Shown here piece after piece: positions 1 through 8,840 of a stretch of 55,180 nt of DNA. The position numbers and the translations under genes were made by a program. The stretch is from Polyangia bacterium (lineage in GTDB: Bacteria > Myxococcota_A > Polyangia > Nannocystales > Nannocystaceae). The stretch covers positions 1 through 55,180 of the forward strand of contig JAUIJR010000001.1 in NCBI GenBank assembly GCA_030431075.1. Direction: 5' to 3'. A model generated the notes under the pieces. That model searched no databases. It was not told the origin of the DNA and worked only from the letters and a program-made list of their open reading frames with translations. Each line of letters begins with the position of its first letter. The stretch's first letter is position 1.

Positions 1-1205
1 GGTCGGCCGTGGCGACGCAGCTTCATGCGCCAGACCATCTCGGCCGGGCCGATGAAGCCCTTGATGCCGCCGACGTTGATGCCGTGGCCGTCGAAGCGGG
101 TGTGGATGTAGCCCATCGAGAGTTGGCCGTGCAGGCTGTGGCGCTCGGCCGCCGCGCCGCGCAGCAAGTTGGGCACGTCGATGTCGTACCAGGCCTCGCC
201 GTAGACGGCGCCGAGCTGGGGGGCGCCGCGCTCGAACTTCTCGTCGCCGACCGACCAAGCCAAAAAGTCGAAGCGTGGGCCGACGTAGACCGTGAAGCGC
301 TGGCGAGGGGCCAGCTTCCAGCGCGCGCCGACGGTCAGGGGCAAGAACATCGTGCGTTCGTAGCGGCGGTCTTCGAACTGGGCGCGGCCGTCGGTGCGTT
401 CGCGGCGAATGTGGGCGCTCGGGCGCCAGCGCAACTCCCAGCCGCCCATCGCCAGGCCGCGCGCGCGGTAGGGCAGGGCGAAGGCCATGTCGGCCGCGAG
501 GTCGATGCCCCAGGCGCTTTGTTGCAAGCCGGTGGGGAAGCTTTGACCGCTCGGCGCGCGTGGGTCGACGTCGACGCGCGGGCCGAGTTGCGCGTCCACC
601 GATCCGAGCAAGCGCAAGCGACCTTGGCCGTCGGGGAAGTACCAGGTCGGCGCCAAGTTGAAGGCCATGGTGCCGGGTCGCCGCTCACCGGCGGTGTTGG
701 TGCCGGCGAAGGTGGAGCGCAGGCCCATCGTCGCCGGACGGATCCGGTCGGGGTGGTTGGCCCGGTCGCCCGAGCCCAAGGCGATGAGTCCACCGCTGGC
801 CACGCCCGCGAGGCCCAGGGCGCCCATGCCCACCACCATCGCCCCGGGGTCGCCCGCGCGCAGACGGTCGCCAACGATCAACAACAAGCCCGTGCCGGCC
901 GCAGCGGCGGCCAAGCTGGCGAAGCCCAAGGTCAGGCGGGCGGCGTTCGAGCGCGTGCAAGGGCGCAAGCCCGGCGCACATCGGGCGAGCCAGGGCGTGC
1001 GGCCGCGGCCGCTCGCGCGGGCGCGAGGTCGCGGGGAGCGCGTCGCGGGGGGCGTGGCTTCGCTCTGTGCGCTGGGGGCCGGGGCCGCGGCCTCGCCCGT
1101 GGTGCTCGCAGGGGTCGCGGCGGCATCGCCCGGGGCGGGCGGCGTCGCGGCGGGGGGCCCGAAGCCCAGGCTCAGCGCGAGGGCGAGTCGCGAAAGCGCG
1201 TACAC
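1..1205 (-). CDS. exported/membrane protein of unknown function (5' end complete, 3' end lies beyond the left window edge)
   Basis: This frame is not in the supplied track, presumably because it has no stop inside the window. I translated it by hand. A GTG at 1205 is preceded by an in-frame TGA (1212-1214). The N-terminus MYALSRLALALSLGFGPPAATPPAPGD looks like a signal peptide. It is followed by a Pro/Ala linker, two Gly/Ala-rich hydrophobic segments (LTLGFASLAAAAAGTGLLLIVG, GAMVVGMGALGLAGVASGGLIALG), then a beta-rich region ending ...SMGYIHTRFDGHGINVGGIKGFIGPAEMVWRMKLRRHGR at position 3. I found no stop in any of the roughly 400 codons, and third positions are almost all G/C. The 403-aa plus-strand ORF 9..1220 is its codon-aligned antisense shadow. 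Confidence 0.55.
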   Translation of the reverse strand, partial: MYALSRLALALSLGFGPPAATPPAPGDAAATPASTTGEAAAPAPSAQSEATPPATRSPRPRARASGRGRTPWLARCAPGLRPCTRSNAARLTLGFASLAAAAAGTGLLLIVGDRLRAGDPGAMVVGMGALGLAGVASGGLIALGSGDRANHPDRIRPATMGLRSTFAGTNTAGERRPGTMAFNLAPTWYFPDGQGRLRLLGSVDAQLGPRVDVDPRAPSGQSFPTGLQQSAWGIDLAADMAFALPYRARGLAMGGWELRWRPSAHIRRERTDGRAQFEDRRYERTMFLPLTVGARWKLAPRQRFTVYVGPRFDFLAWSVGDEKFERGAPQLGAVYGEAWYDIDVPNLLRGAAAERHSLHGQLSMGYIHTRFDGHGINVGGIKGFIGPAEMVWRMKLRRHGR

Positions 1206-1341
1206 CGAGCATCACGCTAGGCCATGCCTGGGCGCGTGTCTACGCGACTTTGACGGGACGAGGCCGATGTCGCGGGGCCACCGCATCGCGGCCGGGCCGA
1301 CGGCCTTGCGGTGGACGGGTGCTCCGCTATGGTCGCGCCCG

Positions 1342-2211
1342 ATGTCCGCGCGCCCCACGGCTACGCACGCGACCTTGTTGGTCTCTTGTCCCGATCAGCC
1401 CGGCTTGGTGGCGGCGCTGGCCCAGGTGCTCTCGGCTCACGGCATCAACATCCTCAGCGCGGATCAGCACGCCGACGCCGAGGTCGGGCAGTTTTTTCAG
1501 CGCATCGTCTTCGACTTGGCCGAGGCCAGCTGCGACCGCGCGACCCTCGAGGCGGCCATCGGCCACTGCGCCACCCGCTTCGAGATGCGCTGGCGGCTGA
1601 ACTACGGCGCGCACAAAAAGCGCGTGGCGATCTTGGTCTCGAAGTACGAGCACTGCTTGTACGACTTGCTCTTGCGTCACCGGGCCGGTGAACTCGACTG
1701 CGAGATCCCCTTGTTGATCTCGAACCACGAAGACCTCCGCGAAGTCGGCGAGCAGTTTCGGATCCCTTACCACTGCTTGCCGGTGAGCAAGGCGAACAAG
1801 CGCGAGCAAGAAGACGCCGTCATGGGGCTGCTGCGCGAGCACGAGATCGATCTGGTGGTGCTCGCCCGCTACATGCAGATCCTCAGCGGCGAATTCATCT
1901 CGGCGTACCCGAGCCGGATCATCAACATCCACCACTCCTTTTTGCCGGCCTTCATCGGCGGGCGTCCCTACCACCAGGCGGCCGAACGCGGCGTCAAGCT
2001 CATCGGCGCCACGGCGCACTACGCCACCGAGGATCTCGACGAGGGTCCCATCATCGAACAGGACGTCATCCGCGCCTCCCATGCCGACACCGTGCAGGAC
2101 CTCATGCGCAAGGGCCGGGATGTCGAGCGCAACGTGCTCGGCCGGGCGGTGCGCTGGCACTTGCAAGACCGCGTCTTGGTCTACGGGAACCGGACGATCG
2201 TCTTCGGCTGA
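1342..2211 (+). CDS. purU: formyltetrahydrofolate deformylase
   Basis: Uses the internal ATG at 1342 of track ORF 658..2211. The N-terminal ACT-like region (ATLLVSCPDQPGLVAALAQVLSAHGINILSADQH) is followed by a formyltransferase core (KRVAILVSKYEHCLYDLL, IINIHHSFLPAFIGGRPYHQA, ATAHYATEDLDEGPII). The length of 289 aa is typical for PurU. Confidence 0.9.
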   Translation: MSARPTATHATLLVSCPDQPGLVAALAQVLSAHGINILSADQHADAEVGQFFQRIVFDLAEASCDRATLEAAIGHCATRFEMRWRLNYGAHKKRVAILVSKYEHCLYDLLLRHRAGELDCEIPLLISNHEDLREVGEQFRIPYHCLPVSKANKREQEDAVMGLLREHEIDLVVLARYMQILSGEFISAYPSRIINIHHSFLPAFIGGRPYHQAAERGVKLIGATAHYATEDLDEGPIIEQDVIRASHADTVQDLMRKGRDVERNVLGRAVRWHLQDRVLVYGNRTIVFG

Positions 2212-2280
2212 TCGACGGCTCGCCGAAAGTGCGCCCTCGTCGGCGCGAGATCTTCACCCCGCGGCGGGCATCCCTGCCGT

Positions 2281-3276
2281 ATGCTCGGCGCGCGCGTGAA
2301 ACCCCGACTGCAAGCGTTGACCGAGCTCGCCAACGTGGTCCAGGGCCGTCTGCCGATCGACGAGCTCTTGGAGTGCGTGGTCCAACACACGGCCGAAGTC
2401 ATGCAGGTCGAGCACGCCAGCGTGCGCCTGCTCGATCCCTCGCGGCGCTACTTGGTGGCGGCACGACGCACCGGGACGCTGATGGCCGGGCAGGCCGTCG
2501 AGTTCAAGCGCGGCGAAGGTCTGCTCGGGTGGATCGTCGAGCACGGCGAGGGCCTTTGCATCGTCGACCCCGCGAGCGACCCGCGCTACGTGTCACGACC
2601 CGGAACCCCGAGGCTCGAGAGCTTTGCCGGGACCCCCTTGTTCGCTGCGAGTCGAGCCTTTGGGGTGCTCTCGGCCATCTCCGAGAAGCGGCGGATGGAC
2701 GAGGAGGACCTCATGTACATGCAGCTGATCGCGGCGATCTGCGGTCCGCAGCTCGAGATCGCACGTTTGTCCCACCTGACGCAGGTGGACCCTTTGACCG
2801 GCAGTCTCAATCGTCGGGGCTTCGATCGCGTCTACCCCGACGAGATCGCCGACGGGGAGACGCCGACCATGGCCGATCCGCTGACGGTGATCGAGGTCGA
2901 CATCGATCACTTCAAGCGGGTCAACGACGCGCACGGTCACGCGGTCGGCGACGAGGTCCTGCGCCAGGTCGTACGGATCCTCGGCCGGGCCATCCGGGCG
3001 GGGGACGAGGTCGTCCGGCTCGGCGGTGAGGAGTTCTTGCTCGTGCTGCCCGACGTTCGCTTGGACCGGGCGCTGGCCGTGGCCGAGCGCGCGCGCCACG
3101 AAGTCGAACAAAGCGAGATCCGGGTCGGCGGCGAGTCGATCCGCGTCACCATCTCCTTGGGCGTGGCCGAAAGACAGCTCGGAGAGCGCCGCGACGAGCT
3201 GGTCGCCCGGGCCGACGAGGCCCTGTACGCGGCCAAGGCCGCCGGCCGCAATCGAGTCGTGGCCGCACGAAGCTGA
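2281..3276 (+). CDS. GAF domain-containing diguanylate cyclase (GGDEF)
   Basis: An N-terminal GAF-like region precedes a GGDEF domain with an intact GGEEF active site. An RxxD I-site (RAGD) lies five residues upstream, and the DHFKRVNDAHGH and YAAKAAGRNRV motifs are present. Confidence 0.9.
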   Translation: MLGARVKPRLQALTELANVVQGRLPIDELLECVVQHTAEVMQVEHASVRLLDPSRRYLVAARRTGTLMAGQAVEFKRGEGLLGWIVEHGEGLCIVDPASDPRYVSRPGTPRLESFAGTPLFAASRAFGVLSAISEKRRMDEEDLMYMQLIAAICGPQLEIARLSHLTQVDPLTGSLNRRGFDRVYPDEIADGETPTMADPLTVIEVDIDHFKRVNDAHGHAVGDEVLRQVVRILGRAIRAGDEVVRLGGEEFLLVLPDVRLDRALAVAERARHEVEQSEIRVGGESIRVTISLGVAERQLGERRDELVARADEALYAAKAAGRNRVVAARS

Positions 3277-3342
3277 CGGCGCGTTGACGCACGCGTCGCC
3301 CCTCGACGGCGTGGGGGCGGCAGTGCGATTCTGAGCCGGCCG

Positions 3343-4617
3343 ATGTCCGCTGCGTCGACTCCTTCGAGTAGGTCCGGTCTGCTCGCCAGCTTGGGGCCCG
3401 GGCTCTTGTTCGCGGGCACGGCGGTCGGGGTCTCGCACCTCGTGCAGTCCACGCGGGCGGGCGCGGGCTGGGGCATGAGCCTCATCGTCGTGGTCTTGCT
3501 GGCCAACTTGCTCAAGTACCCCGCCTTCGAGGCCGGCCCGCGCTACGCGGCGGCGACGGGGACCTCTTTGTTGCAGGCCTACCGCGATCAGGGGCGCTGG
3601 GCGCTGTGGCTCTTCTTGGCCCTGACCTTCGCCACGATGTTCACGGTCTTGGGCGCGGTCACCATCGTGACGGCGGGCATGGCCTCGGCCATGATCTCCG
3701 ACGCGCTCGGACCCACCGGTTGGTCCGCGATCTTGTTGCTCGCCTCGGGCGTGTTGTTGGGCATCGGGCGCTTCAAGCTGCTCGAGTCGGCGATGAAGAT
3801 CTTGATGCTCGTGCTGAGCGTCTCGACCCTGATCGCGGTCGTCCTGCTGGTGAGCAAGGTCGACTTCTCCGAGATACCCTGGGGCCCGGTCATCCCGGAT
3901 CTCGACGTGGCCACGCTGGCCTTTTTGGTGGCGTTGGTGGGCTGGATGCCGACGGCGATCGACATCGCGACCTGGCAGTCGCTTTGGGGGCTCGAAAAGG
4001 CACGCAGCGAGGGGCGCAAGCTCGAGATGCGCGGCGCGCTCTTCGACTTCAAGGTCGGCTACATCGGCACGGCCGTGTTGGCCCTGTGCTTCATCACGAT
4101 GGGGGCAGGCGTCTTTTACGGCAGCCCCCAAGAGCTCCCGAACCAGGCCGGCAAGTTCGCCGTCACCTTCGTCGACATGTACGTCCAGGCCCTCGAGCCC
4201 TGGGCGCGGCCGGTGGTCTTGGTCGCCGCCTTTTCGACCATGTTGTCGACGACGATCACCTGCAACGACGGCTTTCCGCGCGCGGTCGAGGCGGCGGTCT
4301 TGCGTTTGCGCAGCGACGAGCAGCCCGGCGAAGACCGGACCATCGTCTACTGGATCACGCTCGGCGTCATCGGGGTCGGCGCGCTTTTGTTGATCTCGGC
4401 CTTCGCCAAGAACCTCACCGGCTTGGTCGACCTCGCCACCACGCTCTCCTTTTTGACCGCGCCGGTGTTGGCCGTGCTCAACTACCGCGCGCTGCGCTCG
4501 CCCAAGGTTGCGCCCGAGCATCGGCCCCGAGGCTGGCTGCTCGCCCTGCACTGGATCGGCATGGTCTTCATGAGCCTCTTCGCCGCCTACTACTTGTGGG
4601 GCTTGGCGATGGGCTGA
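3343..4617 (+). CDS. NRAMP-family divalent metal cation transporter
   Basis: A polytopic membrane protein of 424 aa. The N-terminal GPGLLFAGTAVGVSHLVQSTRAGA motif is the NRAMP 'DPGN'-region equivalent, and there are multiple hydrophobic helices throughout. Confidence 0.8.
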   Translation: MSAASTPSSRSGLLASLGPGLLFAGTAVGVSHLVQSTRAGAGWGMSLIVVVLLANLLKYPAFEAGPRYAAATGTSLLQAYRDQGRWALWLFLALTFATMFTVLGAVTIVTAGMASAMISDALGPTGWSAILLLASGVLLGIGRFKLLESAMKILMLVLSVSTLIAVVLLVSKVDFSEIPWGPVIPDLDVATLAFLVALVGWMPTAIDIATWQSLWGLEKARSEGRKLEMRGALFDFKVGYIGTAVLALCFITMGAGVFYGSPQELPNQAGKFAVTFVDMYVQALEPWARPVVLVAAFSTMLSTTITCNDGFPRAVEAAVLRLRSDEQPGEDRTIVYWITLGVIGVGALLLISAFAKNLTGLVDLATTLSFLTAPVLAVLNYRALRSPKVAPEHRPRGWLLALHWIGMVFMSLFAAYYLWGLAMG

Positions 4618-4627
4618 GGGGCCGGGC

Positions 4628-5707
4628 CTAGATCGAGTCGGCGTCGATGCGTGAGGCCGCGACCTCGCCCAGCAGCCCGACGAAGGCGCCCAGGGGCGCG
4701 AAGCGGGGGTCCTTGGTCAGTCCCTTTTTGTAGCGCGCGTAGATCTGCTGGATGATCACGGCGATCTTGAACAGGCCGAAGACGTAGTAGTAGAGGGGAT
4801 CGGCGACCTCGCGGCCCGAGCGCTCGCGGTAGCGCTCGACCAGCTCGCGGCGGGTCATCGAGCCCTCGAGGAAGGTCGGGCCAAAGGCGAGCATCTTGGC
4901 GCGCGGGTCGTCGTCGGCCTCGACCCAGTAGCCCAAGGTGGTGCCGAGGTCCATCAGCGGGTCGCCGAGCGTGCACATCTCCCAGTCGAGGACGCCAATG
5001 ATGCGCGTAGGGTCCTCGGGGTCGAGCACGACGTTGTCGAACTTGTAGTCGTTGTGGATGAGCGTCGCGTCGACCTCGGCCGGGATGCGATCGGCGAGCC
5101 ACTTCGCCGCCGCCTCGATGCCGGCGTGTTCGTCGGTCTGGGCCTTGGCGTAGCGCTTGGTCCAGCCCTCGACTTGGCGTTGGACGTAGCCCTCCGGGCG
5201 CCCGAGATCGGCGAGTCCGGCCGCCGCGTAGTCGATGGCGTGCAGCTCGGCCAGGCCATCGATCAAGGACTGCGAGAGCGCGCGGGCCTGCGCCGGGTCG
5301 AGGCGCATGCCCTTGGGGAGTTGGCGCCGCAAGATGATGCCGTGCAGGCGGCGCATTACGTAAAAGGGCGCGCCGAGGATGCCTTCGTCTTCGCAGTAGG
5401 CGATGGGGGCGGGGGCCTTGGGCCACGCCGGCGCGAGCTTCGACAAGACCCGGTACTCGCGGTGCATGTCGTGGCCGCTTTTGATCTGATTGCCGAAGGG
5501 GGGGCGGCGCAAGACGAGGTCTTCGTCGCCGAGGCGCAGCAGATAGGTGAGGTTGGAGTAGCCGGCGCGAAACTGGGCGAGCTCGAGCGAGGCCTCGCCT
5601 TGCGCGGCCAATGCCGGCTGGGCACGCAGCCACGCGCCGAGGGCCTCGAGGTCGAGCTCTTCGCCTTCGCGGACCTCGCCGGCCCGGTCGAGATTCGACG
5701 CGCTCAT
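4628..5707 (-). CDS. phosphotransferase-family (APH/aminoglycoside-kinase fold) protein, ACAD10/11 N-domain or LvaA-like
   Basis: Carries a Brenner-type catalytic motif LIHNDYKFDNVVLD and a downstream GVLDWEMCTLGDPLMDL. Its start overlaps the stop of the upstream ACAD gene by 4 nt (ATGA at 5704-5707). Confidence 0.85.
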   Translation of the reverse strand: MSASNLDRAGEVREGEELDLEALGAWLRAQPALAAQGEASLELAQFRAGYSNLTYLLRLGDEDLVLRRPPFGNQIKSGHDMHREYRVLSKLAPAWPKAPAPIAYCEDEGILGAPFYVMRRLHGIILRRQLPKGMRLDPAQARALSQSLIDGLAELHAIDYAAAGLADLGRPEGYVQRQVEGWTKRYAKAQTDEHAGIEAAAKWLADRIPAEVDATLIHNDYKFDNVVLDPEDPTRIIGVLDWEMCTLGDPLMDLGTTLGYWVEADDDPRAKMLAFGPTFLEGSMTRRELVERYRERSGREVADPLYYYVFGLFKIAVIIQQIYARYKKGLTKDPRFAPLGAFVGLLGEVAASRIDADSI

Positions 5708-6942
5708 CGCTCACCTCCGCGACCACCGTTTCGGGGCTCGCCGGGGCGGCCGAGTCCAAAGGCCTGCAGACGTTTGCGGGCGACCACCGACTTGTGGACC
5801 TCGTCGGGTCCGTCGTAGATGCGGGCGCCGCGTTCGTGGCGGTAGAAAAAGGAGAGCACGGTGTCGTCGCTGATGCCCAAGGCGCCGTGGGTCTGGATGG
5901 CGCGGTCGAGCACACGCATCAGCACGTCGGCCACGTGAAACTTGATGGCCGAGATGTCGACGCGGGCGTCGGCCGCCCCGACCTTTTCGATGCGCCAGGC
6001 CGTCTGCAGGACGAGCAGGCGCGCGGCCTGAATCTCGGCGTGGGATTCGGCGATCCAGTTTTGGATGGTCTGCTTGTGGCCCAGGTACTTGCCCGGCGAG
6101 AGCTCTCGGTTGGCGGCGCGCTCGCACATCATCTCGAGCGCGCGGTCGCAGATCCCCAGCCAGCGCATGCAGTGGTGGATGCGGCCGGGGCCGAGGCGGG
6201 CCTGGGCGATGAAGAAACCGCCGCCGGGAAACCCGAGCATGGCGTCGGCCGGCACGCGACAGCCCCGGTAGCGCAGCTCGGCGTGGCTGGCCCAGCCGCT
6301 GCCCGGCTCGCCCATCACCGAGATGTTGCGGACGAACTCCAAGCCTGGGTCGTCCATCGGCACGATGAACATGCTGGCGCGCTTGTAGGTCGAGGCGTCG
6401 GGATCGGTGACGGCCATGACGATGGCGAAGGCCGCCCCGTCGGCGCCGGTGGTGAACCACTTGTGACCATCGATGACCCAGTGCTCGCCATCGAGGCGGG
6501 CCGTCGTCGACATCCACACCGGGTTGGATCCGGCGTGCTCGGGCTCGGTCATCGAAAAGCAGCTACGGATCTCGCCGGCGAGCAGGGGCTCGAGCCAGCG
6601 CTCTTTTTGGGCGCGCGAGCCGTACTCGAGGAGCACCTCCATGTTGCCGGCGTCGGGGGCTTGGCAGTTCAGCGCATAGTGACCGATCGGGCTGCGGCCG
6701 AGGACCTCGCTGACCAGGCCATGGGCGACGAGGCCGAGGCCCATGCCGCCGTGCTTGGCGGGGAGCTGCGGCAGCCAAAGACCGGCCGACTTGGCCTTGG
6801 CGCGCAGCTCGGCCAGCTCGGCGGCCGCGCCGTCGAAGCCCTCGCGGGCGACGACCCGCTCGACGGGCTCGACCTCTTCGCGCACGAAGGCGCGCAGCTG
6901 CTCGAGGAGTTTGGAGAGTTCGGGTTGGATGTCGAAGTCCAC
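5704..6942 (-). CDS. acyl-CoA dehydrogenase family protein
   Basis: 412 aa with the typical ACAD pattern (CFSMTEPEHAGSNP, KWFTTGA, IYDGPDEVHK). It is translationally coupled to the phosphotransferase gene. Confidence 0.9.
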   Translation of the reverse strand: MDFDIQPELSKLLEQLRAFVREEVEPVERVVAREGFDGAAAELAELRAKAKSAGLWLPQLPAKHGGMGLGLVAHGLVSEVLGRSPIGHYALNCQAPDAGNMEVLLEYGSRAQKERWLEPLLAGEIRSCFSMTEPEHAGSNPVWMSTTARLDGEHWVIDGHKWFTTGADGAAFAIVMAVTDPDASTYKRASMFIVPMDDPGLEFVRNISVMGEPGSGWASHAELRYRGCRVPADAMLGFPGGGFFIAQARLGPGRIHHCMRWLGICDRALEMMCERAANRELSPGKYLGHKQTIQNWIAESHAEIQAARLLVLQTAWRIEKVGAADARVDISAIKFHVADVLMRVLDRAIQTHGALGISDDTVLSFFYRHERGARIYDGPDEVHKSVVARKRLQAFGLGRPGEPRNGGRGGER

Positions 6943-6955
6943 GGGGAGCTCGGTT

Positions 6956-7750
6956 TCAGCGAAAGGTCACCTGGGTGGGGTCGAGGTGATCGACTTGGTT
7001 GAAGGCGTCGAGGGTGAGTCGGTGACCCGAAAAGACGAAGTGAGAGATCGACGCGTTGCGCTGGCGCCAGGCCGTCGAGAACGCGCGATGGGCTGGCGAG
7101 GAGGTCGCGCGCAACAAGAGCGCGGCCGTGGGCCCGACCGAGGTCACCAACAAGATCCGTTGCTTGCGCGGGCCTTCGGCGGCCTGCTCGAGCAGGGACT
7201 GGGTCGCCGAGTCGACGCGGGCTTTGAAGGCGGCCCAGCTCTCGACCCCCGCCGCGAGGACCTCGTCCGCGAGCCAGCGCTCCATGATCGCTTCGAAGAG
7301 CCGCTGCCAGCTGGCGGAGCGTGCCTTGGGGTCTTCGGTCTCTCGCGCATCGCGGGCCAAGTCGGTGATGCGCGCGTCTTTGCCCTCGAGATCGGGGAGG
7401 CTCTTGGCCACCAGCGCGAAGGCGTCGTGCTCGTCGAAGAGCGGCAAGACCTCGGGCTCGGGCCAGTCGAGCGAGGACTGACTCGCCTCGCTCGCGGCCG
7501 CGTAGGCGTGCCGAAAGGTGTCGCGGTGGCGCTTGGCCGGCCCCGTCACCACGCGCGAGAACTGCTCGCCACGCGCCGCCCACCAGCGCCCGAGGCAGCG
7601 GGCTTGTTCGATGCCGTGCTCGCTGAGCTCGTCGTAGTCCCGCGAGAACAAGGAGGCTTGCGCGTGTCGGACGACGACGAGGGTGCCCACGCCGGGCAGC
7701 CTATCGCGCGGGCGAAGGGCGTGGAAAGGCTCGCGGCGCGCGCCCGTCAA
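6956..7750 (-). CDS. histidine phosphatase (phosphoglycerate mutase) superfamily protein
   Basis: Has an N-terminal LVVVRHAQAS (RHG-type) motif. A second conserved His (SHG) is not obvious; the equivalent stretch reads LLVTSVGPT. The true start may be internal. It lies 13 nt upstream of the ACAD gene on the same strand. Confidence 0.7.
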   Translation of the reverse strand: MTGARREPFHALRPRDRLPGVGTLVVVRHAQASLFSRDYDELSEHGIEQARCLGRWWAARGEQFSRVVTGPAKRHRDTFRHAYAAASEASQSSLDWPEPEVLPLFDEHDAFALVAKSLPDLEGKDARITDLARDARETEDPKARSASWQRLFEAIMERWLADEVLAAGVESWAAFKARVDSATQSLLEQAAEGPRKQRILLVTSVGPTAALLLRATSSPAHRAFSTAWRQRNASISHFVFSGHRLTLDAFNQVDHLDPTQVTFR

Positions 7751-7773
7751 TCGGCGTAAGCTTCGCGCCTCTC

Positions 7774-8826
7774 ATGTCGACGCCGCTTCGGTCCCCGATC
7801 CGTCTCACGCAGACCGCCAAGCGAGCGGGCTGCGCGGCCAAGCAGCCCCCCGGGACCTTGTTGCCCTTGCTGGCGGGCCTGCCACCCCTGCGTGACCCGG
7901 CCGTGATGATCGGCAACCAAAGCGCGGACGATGCCGCGGTCTATCGGCTGGACGACGAGCGCGCGCTGGTCCTGACCACCGATTTTTTTACGCCCATCGT
8001 CGACGACGCCTACGACTTCGGGGCTGTCGCTGCGGCCAACGCCCTGAGCGATGTCTACGCGATGGGCGGGCGGCCACTCACCGCCTTGAACCTCGTCGGC
8101 TTCCCAGCCGAGCTGCCCCTCGAGCTGCTCGCCGAGATCTTGCGCGGAGGCGCGGACAAGGCGGCCGAGGCCGGCATCGATCTGGTCGGCGGTCACACCA
8201 TCAAGTCCGAGGAGCCGATCTACGGTCTGGCCGTGACGGGCGAAGTCCACCCGGCGCGCGTGGTCAGCAACGCCGGCGGCAAGCCGGGCGACGCGTTGCT
8301 GCTCACCAAGTTCATCGGGGTCGGCATCATCTCGACGGCGGCCAAGCGTGACCAAGACCGCCTCGGCGCGATCGGAGCGGCCATCGCCTCGATGGGGACG
8401 CTCAACCGCGGGGCGGCCGAGGCGATGCAAGCGGTCGGCGTCCACGCGGCGACGGACGTCACCGGCTTTGGCCTGCTGGGGCACCTGCGCAACGTGGCCG
8501 CCGCCTCCGGAGTCTCGGCGCGGGTCGAAGCCGCCGCCGTACCCGTCTTCGAGGCGGCCCGCCGCTACGCGCACGAGGGCATCGTCCCGGGGGGCAGCCA
8601 CGCGAACCACGACTTCTTGCGGGCCTGGGTCGACTGGCCCGAAGACCTGGCCATGGCCGAACAGCTGCTCTTGGCGGACGCGCAGACCTCGGGCGGTCTG
8701 CTGATCGCGGTGCCGCCCGAGCGTCTCGAGGAGCTACGCGCGGCGTTGATCGAGGCCGGCTGCCCGGTCGCGGCCCGCGTGGGCGAGCTCGTCGCGGGCG
8801 AAGCCGGCCGTATTCAGGTCGTCTGA
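7774..8826 (+). CDS. selD: selenide, water dikinase (selenophosphate synthetase), Cys-type
   Basis: The N-terminal RLTQTAKRAGCAAK matches the SelD Gly-Cys/Sec-x-x-Lys loop, and the codon is TGC, so this is Cys and not Sec. An AIR-synthase-like fold is present (DDAAVY, TTDFFTPIVDDAYDFGAVAAANALSDVYAMGG, DVTGFGLLGH). Confidence 0.9.
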   Translation: MSTPLRSPIRLTQTAKRAGCAAKQPPGTLLPLLAGLPPLRDPAVMIGNQSADDAAVYRLDDERALVLTTDFFTPIVDDAYDFGAVAAANALSDVYAMGGRPLTALNLVGFPAELPLELLAEILRGGADKAAEAGIDLVGGHTIKSEEPIYGLAVTGEVHPARVVSNAGGKPGDALLLTKFIGVGIISTAAKRDQDRLGAIGAAIASMGTLNRGAAEAMQAVGVHAATDVTGFGLLGHLRNVAAASGVSARVEAAAVPVFEAARRYAHEGIVPGGSHANHDFLRAWVDWPEDLAMAEQLLLADAQTSGGLLIAVPPERLEELRAALIEAGCPVAARVGELVAGEAGRIQVV

Positions 8827-8840
8827 GTCGGGGAAACGTA

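Noticed and set aside
9-1220. 403-aa plus-strand ORF (MATQLHAPDHLGRADEALD...)
   Set aside because: It has an Arg/Ala/Gly-rich, low-complexity composition. It is codon-aligned antisense to a minus-strand frame that is open over the whole region and has a signal peptide and G/C third positions. It is a typical high-GC shadow ORF.
1206-1341. ZTP (pfl) riboswitch upstream of purU
   Set aside because: Only a partial GCCTGGGC string is present (about 1224-1231). It lies 5' of, rather than 3' of, any candidate P1/P2 region, and I could not find the GGGUCGUGACUGGCG-type core.
2593-4551. 652-aa minus-strand ORF across the GGDEF and NRAMP genes
   Set aside because: It is Arg/Gly/Asp/Pro-rich with no recognisable motifs. 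It spans two well-supported plus-strand genes and their intergenic gap.
5611-7002. 463-aa plus-strand ORF opposite the acyl-CoA dehydrogenase
   Set aside because: It is an antisense shadow. The minus-strand product has unmistakable ACAD motifs.
7774-8826. Possibility that selD encodes a selenocysteine (in-frame TGA) enzyme
   Set aside because: The active-site codon is TGC (Cys), and the ORF is uninterrupted.
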